64,000 bases of DNA from the NCBI GenBank assembly GCA_965202665.1, contig OZ241841.1, forward strand, positions 1,280,001 to 1,344,000. The letters are read 5' to 3'. Below, piece after piece: positions 9,345 to 18,010 of the stretch (its first letter is position 1; each line of letters starts with the position of its first letter). The notes beneath the pieces were generated by a model. The model was not told where the DNA came from. It saw nothing but the letters and a program-made list of their open reading frames with translations, and made no database searches. The position numbers and the translations under genes were made by a program. Source of the stretch: Candidatus Spongiisociaceae bacterium. Its GTDB lineage: Bacteria > Actinomycetota > Acidimicrobiia > Spongiisociales > Spongiisociaceae.

Positions 9345-10256
9345 ATGGCGGAACTGCCTGAACATCTTCTTATCCGCTCAGCGGAGGCCCGGGCCAAGGC
9401 CCTGGGCCTGCCGGTGGATCAGGTGCTGGCTGAAATGAAAGGCGAAGCCCCGCCCTCAGACCCCCCGCCGGCGGAGGAAGCCCCGCCCTCGGAGGCCCCG
9501 GCGGCCGCTCCGCAGGCGGCGATGGAGAGCGCCCCGGAGGCTGAATCCGTCGCCGGGGAAACCCCGGCCGCGGAAACCCCCGCTCCCTCGGCGGCCGCCG
9601 TCGAGCCGGAGCCGGTCGCGGCGACCGCGGTAGCGGACCCTCCGCCTTCCCCTTCGGCGGAGGCGGGCAACGGGGCGTCGGCGGCTTCGGTGTCGCCCCG
9701 CCCGGTGGTTCCGCCCGCCGAGGTGCCGGAGGGGGTGCGTCCGCAACGTCTCTTGACCGTGGTGAAAGCCCGCGCCATCCAGCAGGTCAAAGCCACCCCC
9801 ACCGACAAGGTGAACACCTGGCCTCATCTGATGATCGCCGAGTTTTCGGCCCTGATGGTGATCACCGCCGGGCTGATAGTGTTGTCGGTGATACTGCAGG
9901 CCCCGTTGCTGGAGTTGGCCAACTTCAACGCCACTCCCAACCCGTCCAAAGCCCCCTGGTATTTCCTCGGTTTGCAGGAACTGCTTTCCTACTACGACCC
10001 GCAGATCGCCGGGGTGATCATTCCCGCCGTCACCGGCCTGGTCGGGTTCATGGCCATCCCCTATGTGGACCGCAACCCGTCCACCAATCCCGCCGACCGC
10101 AAATTCGCCATCATGCTGTTCACCTTGTTTCTGACCGGTTCCGCCACCCTCACCATTATCGGCACCCTGTTCCGCGGACCCGGGTTCAACTTCACCTACC
10201 CGTGGGCGGACGGCATCTGGTTCGATGACTTGAAAGACTGGGTGCATTTCGAATGA
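9345..10256 (+). CDS. petD: Cytochrome b6/b subunit IV (PetD-like) with N-terminal motif and Pro/Ala/Glu linker
   Basis: WPHL, APLLELANFNATPNPSKAPWYFLGLQELL (Qo-motif region), PYVDRNP; 3 TMs; start at ATG 9345 with GGAGG RBS. Confidence 0.88.
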   Translation: MAELPEHLLIRSAEARAKALGLPVDQVLAEMKGEAPPSDPPPAEEAPPSEAPAAAPQAAMESAPEAESVAGETPAAETPAPSAAAVEPEPVAATAVADPPPSPSAEAGNGASAASVSPRPVVPPAEVPEGVRPQRLLTVVKARAIQQVKATPTDKVNTWPHLMIAEFSALMVITAGLIVLSVILQAPLLELANFNATPNPSKAPWYFLGLQELLSYYDPQIAGVIIPAVTGLVGFMAIPYVDRNPSTNPADRKFAIMLFTLFLTGSATLTIIGTLFRGPGFNFTYPWADGIWFDDLKDWVHFE

Positions 10257-11176
10257 CCTCCGTCCAGCTTCTGGTTTTGGCGGTGGCCGCGGTGGCGGTG
10301 GCGGGGGTGCTGGGGGCTTTCGTAATCGCCTACCGGCGCACCACCGGCGCCTCCCCCTCTGAACGCGCCCGCCGCAAAGTGCGGGTGTCGCGGGAAACGC
10401 GCCGGGCGGACCGTTCCCGCTTGGAAGAACCGGTGGCCGTATCGGTCCCGGCCGAGGAGGAACCGGAGGCCGCCCCGGCTGAGGCTGAGTCTGAGGAGGA
10501 CGAGGAGGAGGCTGAAGCCGAGGCCGGGGAGCTGGAACCGGTTGCGGCCGTGGCGGCGGTGGAAGTGGCGGCGGTGGAAGAGTTGTCCCCGGAGGAGGCG
10601 GGCGTGAACCGGCGCCAGTTTTTCACCCGGGCGCTGGGCATCACCTTCGGGGCTTTCCTGGGTTTGAACGGCATCTCCTATCTGGCTTTTCTGTGGCCGC
10701 GCCTGTCGGGGGGGTTCGGTTCCGACATCGACGTGGGCGACATCACCGAACTGCGGGCCGAGGTTTTCCTGTCGGACGGCTCCATCCTGCCCAAGTTCGT
10801 CCCCGAAGCCCGGGCCTACATAGTGCCCTTCGCCGAAACCGATGTTTCCCGCTCCCAGTTCGAAGGTCTGCCGGTGGTAGTGGGGGGCTTGACCGCCCTT
10901 TTTCAGCGGTGCGTGCACCTGGGTTGCCGGGTGCCGTGGTGCGAAACCTCCCAGGGCTTTGAGTGCCCCTGCCACGGTTCCAAATACAACTTCGCGGGCG
11001 AATACGAAGCGGGTCCCGCCCCCCGCAACCTGGACCGGTTCGCTTTGGAAAATCAGGAGGGGCGGCTGATCGTCAAAACGGGGACCATTCTGCAGACTTC
11101 GCGGGCCATCGCCAAGACCGTCCGCTATCCGCAGGGGCCGTCCTGCATCGCCTTGGACGCGGGCACGGAGGCGTGA
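10253..11176 (+). CDS. petC: Rieske [2Fe-2S] protein
   Basis: CVHLGC and CPCHGSKY boxes, GPAPRNL; internal Tat motif NRRQFF followed by a TM; extra N-terminal TM. Confidence 0.94.
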   Translation: MTSVQLLVLAVAAVAVAGVLGAFVIAYRRTTGASPSERARRKVRVSRETRRADRSRLEEPVAVSVPAEEEPEAAPAEAESEEDEEEAEAEAGELEPVAAVAAVEVAAVEELSPEEAGVNRRQFFTRALGITFGAFLGLNGISYLAFLWPRLSGGFGSDIDVGDITELRAEVFLSDGSILPKFVPEARAYIVPFAETDVSRSQFEGLPVVVGGLTALFQRCVHLGCRVPWCETSQGFECPCHGSKYNFAGEYEAGPAPRNLDRFALENQEGRLIVKTGTILQTSRAIAKTVRYPQGPSCIALDAGTEA

Positions 11177-11179
11177 CCG

Positions 11180-12619
11180 GTGGCCACGTTGGTCGTCACC
11201 ATCGTCGCTTTAGGGGCCATCGGTTGGTTCGCCTACCTGGTCGGGTCGGGGTCGCGGCGGGACCGGCGGGATCCGGTTCCGTCCAACCTGTCGGCGGCCG
11301 CCACCGACGACGAACTGGAAACCACCCGCTTGGACCGCACCCTGATGGGGGCGGTGGTGGCGGCCGGGTTCCTCACGTTGGCCATGCCCATCTACTACCT
11401 GAGCGAGTTCGACCGCCAGGAGGGTTTCGTGGAAGAGTTCGCCGAAGCCTCTTTGGATCGGGGGCATGAGGTGTGGGAGGAGTTCGGGTGCGGGGACTGC
11501 CATGGGGCAACCGGGGGGGGCGGGGTGGCCGCCTACCTGGAGGAGCGCTCCAAAGTGAACGTGCCCGGCTGGGCGGCCCCCGCTTTGGACGACATTTTCT
11601 TCCGTTACGACCGGGACGAAGTACGGTTCTGGATCACTTACGGCCGGGCCAACTCTCCCATGCCCGCCTGGGGTTTGGAAGGGGGCGGGGCCCTCAACTC
11701 CCAGCAGATCGACGACCTGCTCAACTACATCGGGGCTTTCCAGATTCCGCAACAAGACGCCCTGCTCAGAATCGAGGGGACGGTGAACGGGGCCCGCAAT
11801 CGGCTGACCGGGGCCTCTGAGGCGGTGGGGCAGCAGATCGCCGACCAGCAGGCCTTGGTGGAGGAAATCACCAACTCCGGGGAAACTTCGGTGGCGGTGA
11901 CCGACATCGCCGACCGGGCCCGGGACGTCTTGGACGGGGCCGGGGACGGGATCGACACCGACGGGGACGGCCTGTCGGACAGGGCCGAATCCGATCTGAC
12001 CGCCATCGGGCGGGAAGCTCTGGAAACCGGTTTCCTGGCGGTGGATACCTCCTTCGATCCCCGCAACGTTGAAACCCTGATCGGGTCTTCGGATTCCCGT
12101 TCCGCCGCCCGCATGGTGAGCGACTTGGAGTCGCGGGCCACCTCTTTGACCATTACCTCCCAGAACCGGGAAGTCCTGCTGGAACAGGCCCGGTTTGGGC
12201 TGTCTTTCTTGGAGGAAGCGGCCGGGGCGGCCCGCTGGGAAGTGGATTTCCAAGAGGTGGCGGACGGATCCTTCGGCGGGGATCGGGAAAGGGCGGAGCG
12301 GGCCGCGGCCCTGTTCAACGGATACTGCGCCCGATGCCACACCGCCGGTTATTCGGCCGGGCCGGCTTTCCAACAGGTGCAGGCGTCCGGGGCGCTGGGG
12401 CCGTCGTTGCGGGCGGGGCGCTCCCGAACGCAGTTCCTGGCAGCGGAGGACATGGCCGAGTTTTTGCAGAAAGGTTCCGTTTCGGGTGAAGGTTACGGGG
12501 TGAACGGGGTGGGTTCGGGGCGGATGCCCGGCTTCGGACAGGTGCTGTCGGGGGAGGACATCGACCTGATCGTGGGATATCTGCGAGGGCCGACTTTGGA
12601 CGGGCGGGAGGATAACTGA
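11180..12619 (+). CDS. Membrane-anchored dihaem cytochrome c
   Basis: CGDCH with SPMPAWG and CARCH with GRMPGFG; two N-terminal TMs; central helical region containing DTDGDGLSD. Confidence 0.9.
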   Translation: MATLVVTIVALGAIGWFAYLVGSGSRRDRRDPVPSNLSAAATDDELETTRLDRTLMGAVVAAGFLTLAMPIYYLSEFDRQEGFVEEFAEASLDRGHEVWEEFGCGDCHGATGGGGVAAYLEERSKVNVPGWAAPALDDIFFRYDRDEVRFWITYGRANSPMPAWGLEGGGALNSQQIDDLLNYIGAFQIPQQDALLRIEGTVNGARNRLTGASEAVGQQIADQQALVEEITNSGETSVAVTDIADRARDVLDGAGDGIDTDGDGLSDRAESDLTAIGREALETGFLAVDTSFDPRNVETLIGSSDSRSAARMVSDLESRATSLTITSQNREVLLEQARFGLSFLEEAAGAARWEVDFQEVADGSFGGDRERAERAAALFNGYCARCHTAGYSAGPAFQQVQASGALGPSLRAGRSRTQFLAAEDMAEFLQKGSVSGEGYGVNGVGSGRMPGFGQVLSGEDIDLIVGYLRGPTLDGREDN

Positions 12620-12969
12620 TGCGGGAGTTGTTCCGGACGATTCTTTCCCAGAACCTGCTGTTCACCGGGATCGTGTTGACGGCGGCGGCGGTGCTGGTGT
12701 TTTTCGGAACCATATACCTGTTGAACCACACCAACCTGGGCCGCCGGTTGGCGGTGCTGATGCTGGGAGCGGGAATTTTCGGATGGACCACCATCAACTC
12801 CATCCTGTTCGTGCTCTACGCGCCGCGGGGCCCGCGACCGGTGGATTTCGAGGGGTTGAACGCCTTTGAGATCCGGATCATCCCCGGGGCGTTCGCGGCC
12901 GGCTCCGCCATTTTGTTCGCCATGTTCCTAGTGGCCCTGCACCGCTACGAACGGGACCAAGAACGTTAA
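12619..12969 (+). CDS. Small 3-TM membrane protein
   Basis: Three hydrophobic segments; TGATG overlap with the dihaem cytochrome c gene; GGAGG RBS. Confidence 0.8.
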   Translation: MRELFRTILSQNLLFTGIVLTAAAVLVFFGTIYLLNHTNLGRRLAVLMLGAGIFGWTTINSILFVLYAPRGPRPVDFEGLNAFEIRIIPGAFAAGSAILFAMFLVALHRYERDQER

Positions 12970-13006
12970 TCCCAGGCCCGGAAATAGCGGATGGGGGAGC
13001 TCAAAT

Positions 13007-13324
13007 ATGAACGAAGGAACTGACTGGCTGGACGAGGTCAGGGGGCAACGATACCAGTGGACCAGGCTGGGGGAGGCTTGGCTGGAAACGGAGTTGCGGC
13101 CGGGGTTGCCGTGCCGGATAATCTTGGGAGAGGCGGAAGGGGCTCCGGTTCTGTATGCGGCCATCGGCGTCAACGGGACCGCCCGTTACTGGCAGTGGGC
13201 GACGCTGGACGAAGCCGGGCGGCCCCTGCCCCGAAGGCGGGCCCTGGAACGGCTGTGGAAAGTCATAGAGTTGGCCCAGATTTCTTCAAAAAGCGAAGTT
13301 GAACACAAACTACGCGATGGATGA
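13007..13324 (+). CDS. Hypothetical protein (105 aa)
   Basis: ATG with upstream GGGGAG; ATGA overlap with the next ORF. Confidence 0.55.
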   Translation: MNEGTDWLDEVRGQRYQWTRLGEAWLETELRPGLPCRIILGEAEGAPVLYAAIGVNGTARYWQWATLDEAGRPLPRRRALERLWKVIELAQISSKSEVEHKLRDG

Positions 13325-13818
13325 GGCGGACCGATTACTTCCTCATCGCCTCCCCCCGGGAGGACGCCCGGCGGGCGGCGGAACAGGTTCCAGCCCCTTA
13401 TAACGACCTCCAATCTCTGCAAGAGGCTTTGTACGAACTGTGCCTGAACGTGCAACAGTGGGCGGAGGCCCCGGGGTTCATCGCCGTGGAGGAAGATGAC
13501 CTGCATCGCATTATCACCGTCCGCGACGAGGGGGCGGGGATTCCGACCACTATCAGAAAGGCCTTCCCCGCCAACCAGGCGGCGGTGGCCAAAGCCCTAA
13601 GCCCGGGCGAAACCTCGTCCGGCGGGCAACGGCGGAGAAAGGGGCTGGCCGGCGCCATCGGCTTGTCCGCCCGCGGGTTTATCGTCTACCTGGAGACGGA
13701 GGATGTAGCGGCCTGGGCGGAGGGGGGAAACACCATTTTCGCTTACAAAGGCGGTCGGGCGGTGACCGGAACCCGCATACAGATCATCTATCCGACGGAC
13801 CGCCCTCCGTCCGCTTGA
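13321..13818 (+). CDS. Stand-alone GHKL/HATPase_c-like domain protein
   Basis: ALYELCLNV (N box), VRDEGAGIP (G1), KGL (degenerate G2), GTRI (G3). Confidence 0.65.
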   Translation: MRRTDYFLIASPREDARRAAEQVPAPYNDLQSLQEALYELCLNVQQWAEAPGFIAVEEDDLHRIITVRDEGAGIPTTIRKAFPANQAAVAKALSPGETSSGGQRRRKGLAGAIGLSARGFIVYLETEDVAAWAEGGNTIFAYKGGRAVTGTRIQIIYPTDRPPSA

Positions 13819-13859
13819 GCCCGGCGGAGGGGGTTGGAAACGGGCGTAAACTGGGGCGG

Positions 13860-14495
13860 GTGGAGAATTGCCGAGCGTCCAACAACCACCTGCCCGCGGC
13901 GACGGTGGAGCGGTTGCCCCGCTACCTGCGCTTGCTGGAACAGAAACCGGAGGCGCAGGCCACCATTTCCTCCACCGAGCTGGCCGCCGGGGTGGGGATG
14001 AACGCGGCGGGGGTGCGCAAAGACCTGTCCCGCCTCGGCTCCTACGGAAAACCGGGCACCGGCTACTACAAGGAGGAACTGACCGCCGTCATCCGCCGCC
14101 GGCTGGGGCTGACCGAAGACCGGCCGGTGGCGGTGATGGGAGCGGGCAACCTGGGGTCGGCCCTGGCCGGCTACGGCGGGTTCGCCCGGCGCGGTTTTCG
14201 CATCGTCGGCCTGTACGACGCCGCTCCCGGCAAGATCGGAACCGTAATCGGGGGGATAACGGTGCGTCCGGTGGAAGACCTGGCGGTCGACGCGGCCCGC
14301 GTCCCCATCGCGGTGGGGATTATCGCCACTCCGGCCGCAGTAGCCCAGGAAGTGGCCGATTTGCTGGCGGCGGCCGGCGTGTCGTCCATTCTCAACTTCG
14401 CCCCGGCCGCCCTGCAAGTTCCGAGCGGGATACATCTGCGCCAAGTGGATCTGGCCACCGAGTTGCAGATTCTCAGCTACCACCTAGCCGGGTAG
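13860..14495 (+). CDS. rex: Redox-sensing transcriptional repressor Rex
   Basis: LPAATVERLPRYLR, ISSTELA, VRKDLS.LGSYG, GAGNLGSAL, ILNFAP; probable leaderless GTG start at 13860. Confidence 0.96.
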   Translation: MENCRASNNHLPAATVERLPRYLRLLEQKPEAQATISSTELAAGVGMNAAGVRKDLSRLGSYGKPGTGYYKEELTAVIRRRLGLTEDRPVAVMGAGNLGSALAGYGGFARRGFRIVGLYDAAPGKIGTVIGGITVRPVEDLAVDAARVPIAVGIIATPAAVAQEVADLLAAAGVSSILNFAPAALQVPSGIHLRQVDLATELQILSYHLAG

Positions 14496-14597
14496 GGCGA
14501 CTTGCGAGCCCCGGTTGCGGTTTGCCGATTCGGCTGCTGAGGGTTTGGCGGAAACGCCCGACGGCTCTAATCTGGGACGGCTCCCAAGAGGAAGGCC

Positions 14598-15032
14598 GTG
14601 ACCCTTTCCGACTACCTCCCCATAGCTGTGATGCTCGTCCTAGCGGCGGCCTTTGCGGGCGTGTCGCTGGTCGTCTCCTATCTTCTTTCCTACCGTCGTC
14701 CCACCCCCGAAAAACTGGAGCCTTACGAATGCGGGATCGTCACCGAGGCCGAACCGGTGCACCGCTTCCCGGTCAAGTTTTACCTGGTGGCCATCCTGTT
14801 CGTTATCTTCGATGTGGAAATCATTTTCCTGTTCGTATGGGCCTCCCAGTTTGAAACTTTGGGCTGGTTCGGAGCGGCGGCGGTGGGCCTGTTCACCCTG
14901 ATGATCGTGGAAACCCTGGGCTACGTGTGGAAACGGGGGGCCTTGGACTGGAACGAATCCCGCCGCGCCCGCTACCGCCCCGCCGACCCCGCCCCGGCGC
15001 CCGCCGCCGAACCGGCCGGGAAAGCCGCCTGA
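14598..15032 (+). CDS. nuoA: NADH-quinone oxidoreductase subunit A
   Basis: [33 protein letters not shown]. Confidence 0.97.
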   Translation: MTLSDYLPIAVMLVLAAAFAGVSLVVSYLLSYRRPTPEKLEPYECGIVTEAEPVHRFPVKFYLVAILFVIFDVEIIFLFVWASQFETLGWFGAAAVGLFTLMIVETLGYVWKRGALDWNESRRARYRPADPAPAPAAEPAGKAA

Positions 15033-15502
15033 TGGCCCGCCTGTCCTCCCCGCCCAACCTGCTCACCACCACTTTGGGCAAGGCCATGCGCTGGGCCCAA
15101 ACCCAATCAATGTGGCCCGCCACCTTCGGTTTGGCCTGTTGCGCCATCGAGATGATGGCCACCGGCACCGCCCACAACGACCTGGCCCGGTTCGGGATGG
15201 AAGTGTTCCGGGCCTCCCCCCGTCAAGCCGACCTGATGATCGTGGCCGGGCGGGTGTCGCAGAAGATGGCCCCGGTGTTGCGCCAGGTGTACGACCAGAT
15301 GGCCGACCCCAAATGGGTGATTTCCATGGGGGCGTGCGCCTCCACCGGCGGAATGTTCAACAACTACGCCCTGGTGCAGGGAGTGGACCAGGTGGTGCCG
15401 GTGGATATGTACGTGCCCGGGTGCCCCCCCGGACCGCAGTCGCTGATGCACGGCATCCTCACCTTGCAGGACCGGGTGATGAGCGGAGAGGCCGCCCGTT
15501 GA
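15032..15502 (+). CDS. nuoB: NADH-quinone oxidoreductase subunit B
   Basis: [34 protein letters not shown]; ATG overlaps the nuoA stop. Confidence 0.98.
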   Translation: MARLSSPPNLLTTTLGKAMRWAQTQSMWPATFGLACCAIEMMATGTAHNDLARFGMEVFRASPRQADLMIVAGRVSQKMAPVLRQVYDQMADPKWVISMGACASTGGMFNNYALVQGVDQVVPVDMYVPGCPPGPQSLMHGILTLQDRVMSGEAAR

Positions 15503-16020
15503 CCACCGGCGCCCCCGACATCCCCGCCCCGGAAGCGCCCCCCGCCGGGGACGAACTCTTGGACGGCCTGCTGCAACGGGCGGAGGGGGCGGAGGCGGCC
15601 GTCTCGCTGGGGGATCAGACCATCCGGGTGGAACCCGGCCGCCTGCTCGCCCTGGCGGAGGCCGCCCATGAAGCCGGGTTTGAAATGTGCGTGGACATTA
15701 CCGCCGCGGACTATCTAGGGAGTCGCCCGGAACGGTTCGAGCTGGTGGTCAACCTGCTGTCGATTTCCCATAACCGGAGGTTGCGCATCCTGGCCGCCCT
15801 CCCGGAAAAAGACCCGACCGCCCCTTCGCTGACCTCCGTCTATCCGGGGGCCAACTTTTTGGAGCGGGAAGCGTACGACATGTTCGGCATCCGGTTCGAC
15901 GGCCATCCCGATTTGACCCGCATCCTCATGCCCGACGACTGGGAGGGCCATCCGTTGCGCAAAGACTTCGCGACGGGTGAAGTGCCGGTGCAGTTCAAAG
16001 AAACCCCGCAGGTGACATGA
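15499..16020 (+). CDS. nuoC: NADH-quinone oxidoreductase subunit C
   Basis: [36 protein letters not shown]; TTG start overlapping the nuoB stop. Confidence 0.97.
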   Translation: MTTGAPDIPAPEAPPAGDELLDGLLQRAEGAEAAVSLGDQTIRVEPGRLLALAEAAHEAGFEMCVDITAADYLGSRPERFELVVNLLSISHNRRLRILAALPEKDPTAPSLTSVYPGANFLEREAYDMFGIRFDGHPDLTRILMPDDWEGHPLRKDFATGEVPVQFKETPQVT

Positions 16021-17369
16021 CCGAGACCCGCACCTCCCAAACCGACGACCTGTGGCTGACCGGGACCGAAGTTCCGGAATGGATGGTGGCCGGCACCGAC
16101 GAAGGGGCCCAGGAGATGGAGCGGTCCGAAAGCGGGGGCCGGGCGGCGGAGCAGATGGGCTCGCGGGTGGCGGACGACTGGGTGATAGCCGACGAAACGG
16201 CCGACGACGAAAGAATGATCGTCAACATGGGCCCGCAGCACCCGTCCACTCACGGGGTGCTCCGCCTCAACTTGGAACTGGAAGGGGAAATCGTCCGGCG
16301 CGTCAAGCCGGTGATCGGCTACCTGCACACCGGGATGGAAAAAACGGCCGAAACCCTCACCTTCCTGCAAGGCGGGACCAACGTGACCCGCATGGACTAC
16401 CTGGCCCCGTTGCACAACGAACTCTGCTATTCGCTGGCGGTGGAAAAACTGCTGGGGGTGGAAATTCCGCCCCGGGCGCAGGCCATCCGCATTCTTATGA
16501 CCGAGTTGAACCGCATCTCCTCCCATCTGGTGGCCACCGCCACCAACGGAATGGACATCGGGGCCCTGTCCATGATGATGTACGGGTTCCGGGAGCGGGA
16601 GTTGATCCTGGCATTCTTCGAAAAAACCACCGGGCTGCGGATGAACCACAACTACATACGGCCCGGCGGGGTGGCGGCCGACCTGCCCGACGGCTGGCGG
16701 GAGGACGTGGGGGAAATCTTGGAGCGGATCCCGGCCGCCATGGCCGACTACGAGGATCTGCTGAAAGAGAACTCCATTTGGAAGGGACGCACGCAGGGGG
16801 TGGGGATCATCACCGCCCAAGAATGCCTGGCCTACGGGGTGACCGGCCCCATCCTCAAAGCCAGCGGGGTGGACTGGGACTTGCGCAAAACCCAGCCCTA
16901 TTGCGGAATAGAAGAGTACCAGTTCGACACGGTAACCGGACAGGCGGGGGACGTCTACGACCGCTACCGGGTGCGCATTGGGGAAATGCGCCAGTCGTTG
17001 CGCATCGTCGCCCAAGCCGCGGAGCGGATGCCCGCCGGGGATTACAAGACGGAAGACCGGAAAGTGTCGCCGCCGCCCCGCAAGCGGTTGGACGAATCCA
17101 TGGAGGCCCTCATCCACCATTTCAAAATCTACACCGAAGGGTTCAAAGTTCCGGAGGGGGAAACCTATGCGGCGGTGGAGTCGCCCCGGGGGGAGTTGGG
17201 ATGCTATCTGGTTTCGGACGGGGGCGGGCGGCCGTTGCGCATGCACACCCGGGGCCCCTCTTTCTCCAACCTGCAGGCCCTGCCGGTGATGATGGCCGGC
17301 TCCCCGGTGGCCGATGTAATCGCCGGCATCGCCTCTTTGGATCCGGTGATGGGGGACGTGGACCGGTGA
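16017..17369 (+). CDS. nuoD: NADH-quinone oxidoreductase subunit D
   Basis: NMGPQHPSTHGVLRL, GYLHTGMEK, RMDY, ESPRGE, DPVMGDVDR. Confidence 0.98.
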   Translation: MTETRTSQTDDLWLTGTEVPEWMVAGTDEGAQEMERSESGGRAAEQMGSRVADDWVIADETADDERMIVNMGPQHPSTHGVLRLNLELEGEIVRRVKPVIGYLHTGMEKTAETLTFLQGGTNVTRMDYLAPLHNELCYSLAVEKLLGVEIPPRAQAIRILMTELNRISSHLVATATNGMDIGALSMMMYGFRERELILAFFEKTTGLRMNHNYIRPGGVAADLPDGWREDVGEILERIPAAMADYEDLLKENSIWKGRTQGVGIITAQECLAYGVTGPILKASGVDWDLRKTQPYCGIEEYQFDTVTGQAGDVYDRYRVRIGEMRQSLRIVAQAAERMPAGDYKTEDRKVSPPPRKRLDESMEALIHHFKIYTEGFKVPEGETYAAVESPRGELGCYLVSDGGGRPLRMHTRGPSFSNLQALPVMMAGSPVADVIAGIASLDPVMGDVDR

Positions 17370-18010
17370 CCGCCGCCCCTCCCTACGCCTGGTCCGAGCG
17401 GGCCGAAAGCTTGGCGGAGGCGGTGATGGCCCGCTATCCGCAACCCCGTTCGGCGGTCATGCCCCTGCTGTACATAGCCATGCGGGAAGACGGCCACCTG
17501 ACCGAGCCGGGAATGCGCAAAGTGGCGGAAATGACCGGGATCACCCCCGCCCAGGTGGCGGCGGCGGCCGGTTTCTACACGATGTACAAGCGGACCCCGG
17601 TGGGGAAATACCTGGTGTCGGTGTGCACCTCCATTTCTTGCTGGTTGCTGGGAGCGGACGACGTGTTGCGGGCGGTGGAGGCGACGGCCGGGGTTCCGTC
17701 CGGGGAAACCGATGAGGAGGGCCTGGTCTCCCCCGAGCACGTGGAATGCATCGGGGCTTGCGGAGGGGCCCCGGCGGTGCAGGTCAACTACGAGTTCGTG
17801 GAAGGGGTGACCCCGCAGGCGGCCCGGTCGCTGGTGGAATGGCTGCAAGCGGAACGGCCCGATTCGGTCAACGGGGACGACATGCAGGTGCGGTTCGGCG
17901 GTCCGGCCGGGTTTGACTGGGCCATCCCGGACCCGGCCCGGGCGGGGGGCCCGGCGCCCGCTTTCGGGCCGTTGGGAACCCTGGCCGGCGCCCCGGAGGA
18001 GGGACAATGA
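17366..18010 (+). CDS. nuoE: NADH-quinone oxidoreductase subunit E
   Basis: RSAVMPLL, FYTMY, CTSISC, ECIGACGGAP; GTG start at 17366. Confidence 0.96.
   Translation: MTAAPPYAWSERAESLAEAVMARYPQPRSAVMPLLYIAMREDGHLTEPGMRKVAEMTGITPAQVAAAAGFYTMYKRTPVGKYLVSVCTSISCWLLGADDVLRAVEATAGVPSGETDEEGLVSPEHVECIGACGGAPAVQVNYEFVEGVTPQAARSLVEWLQAERPDSVNGDDMQVRFGGPAGFDWAIPDPARAGGPAPAFGPLGTLAGAPEEGQ

Noticed and set aside
14500-14597. Rex operator upstream of nuoA or the cytochrome operons
   Set aside because: I found no TTGTGAA-N4-TTCACAA-like site by eye here or in 6923-7219
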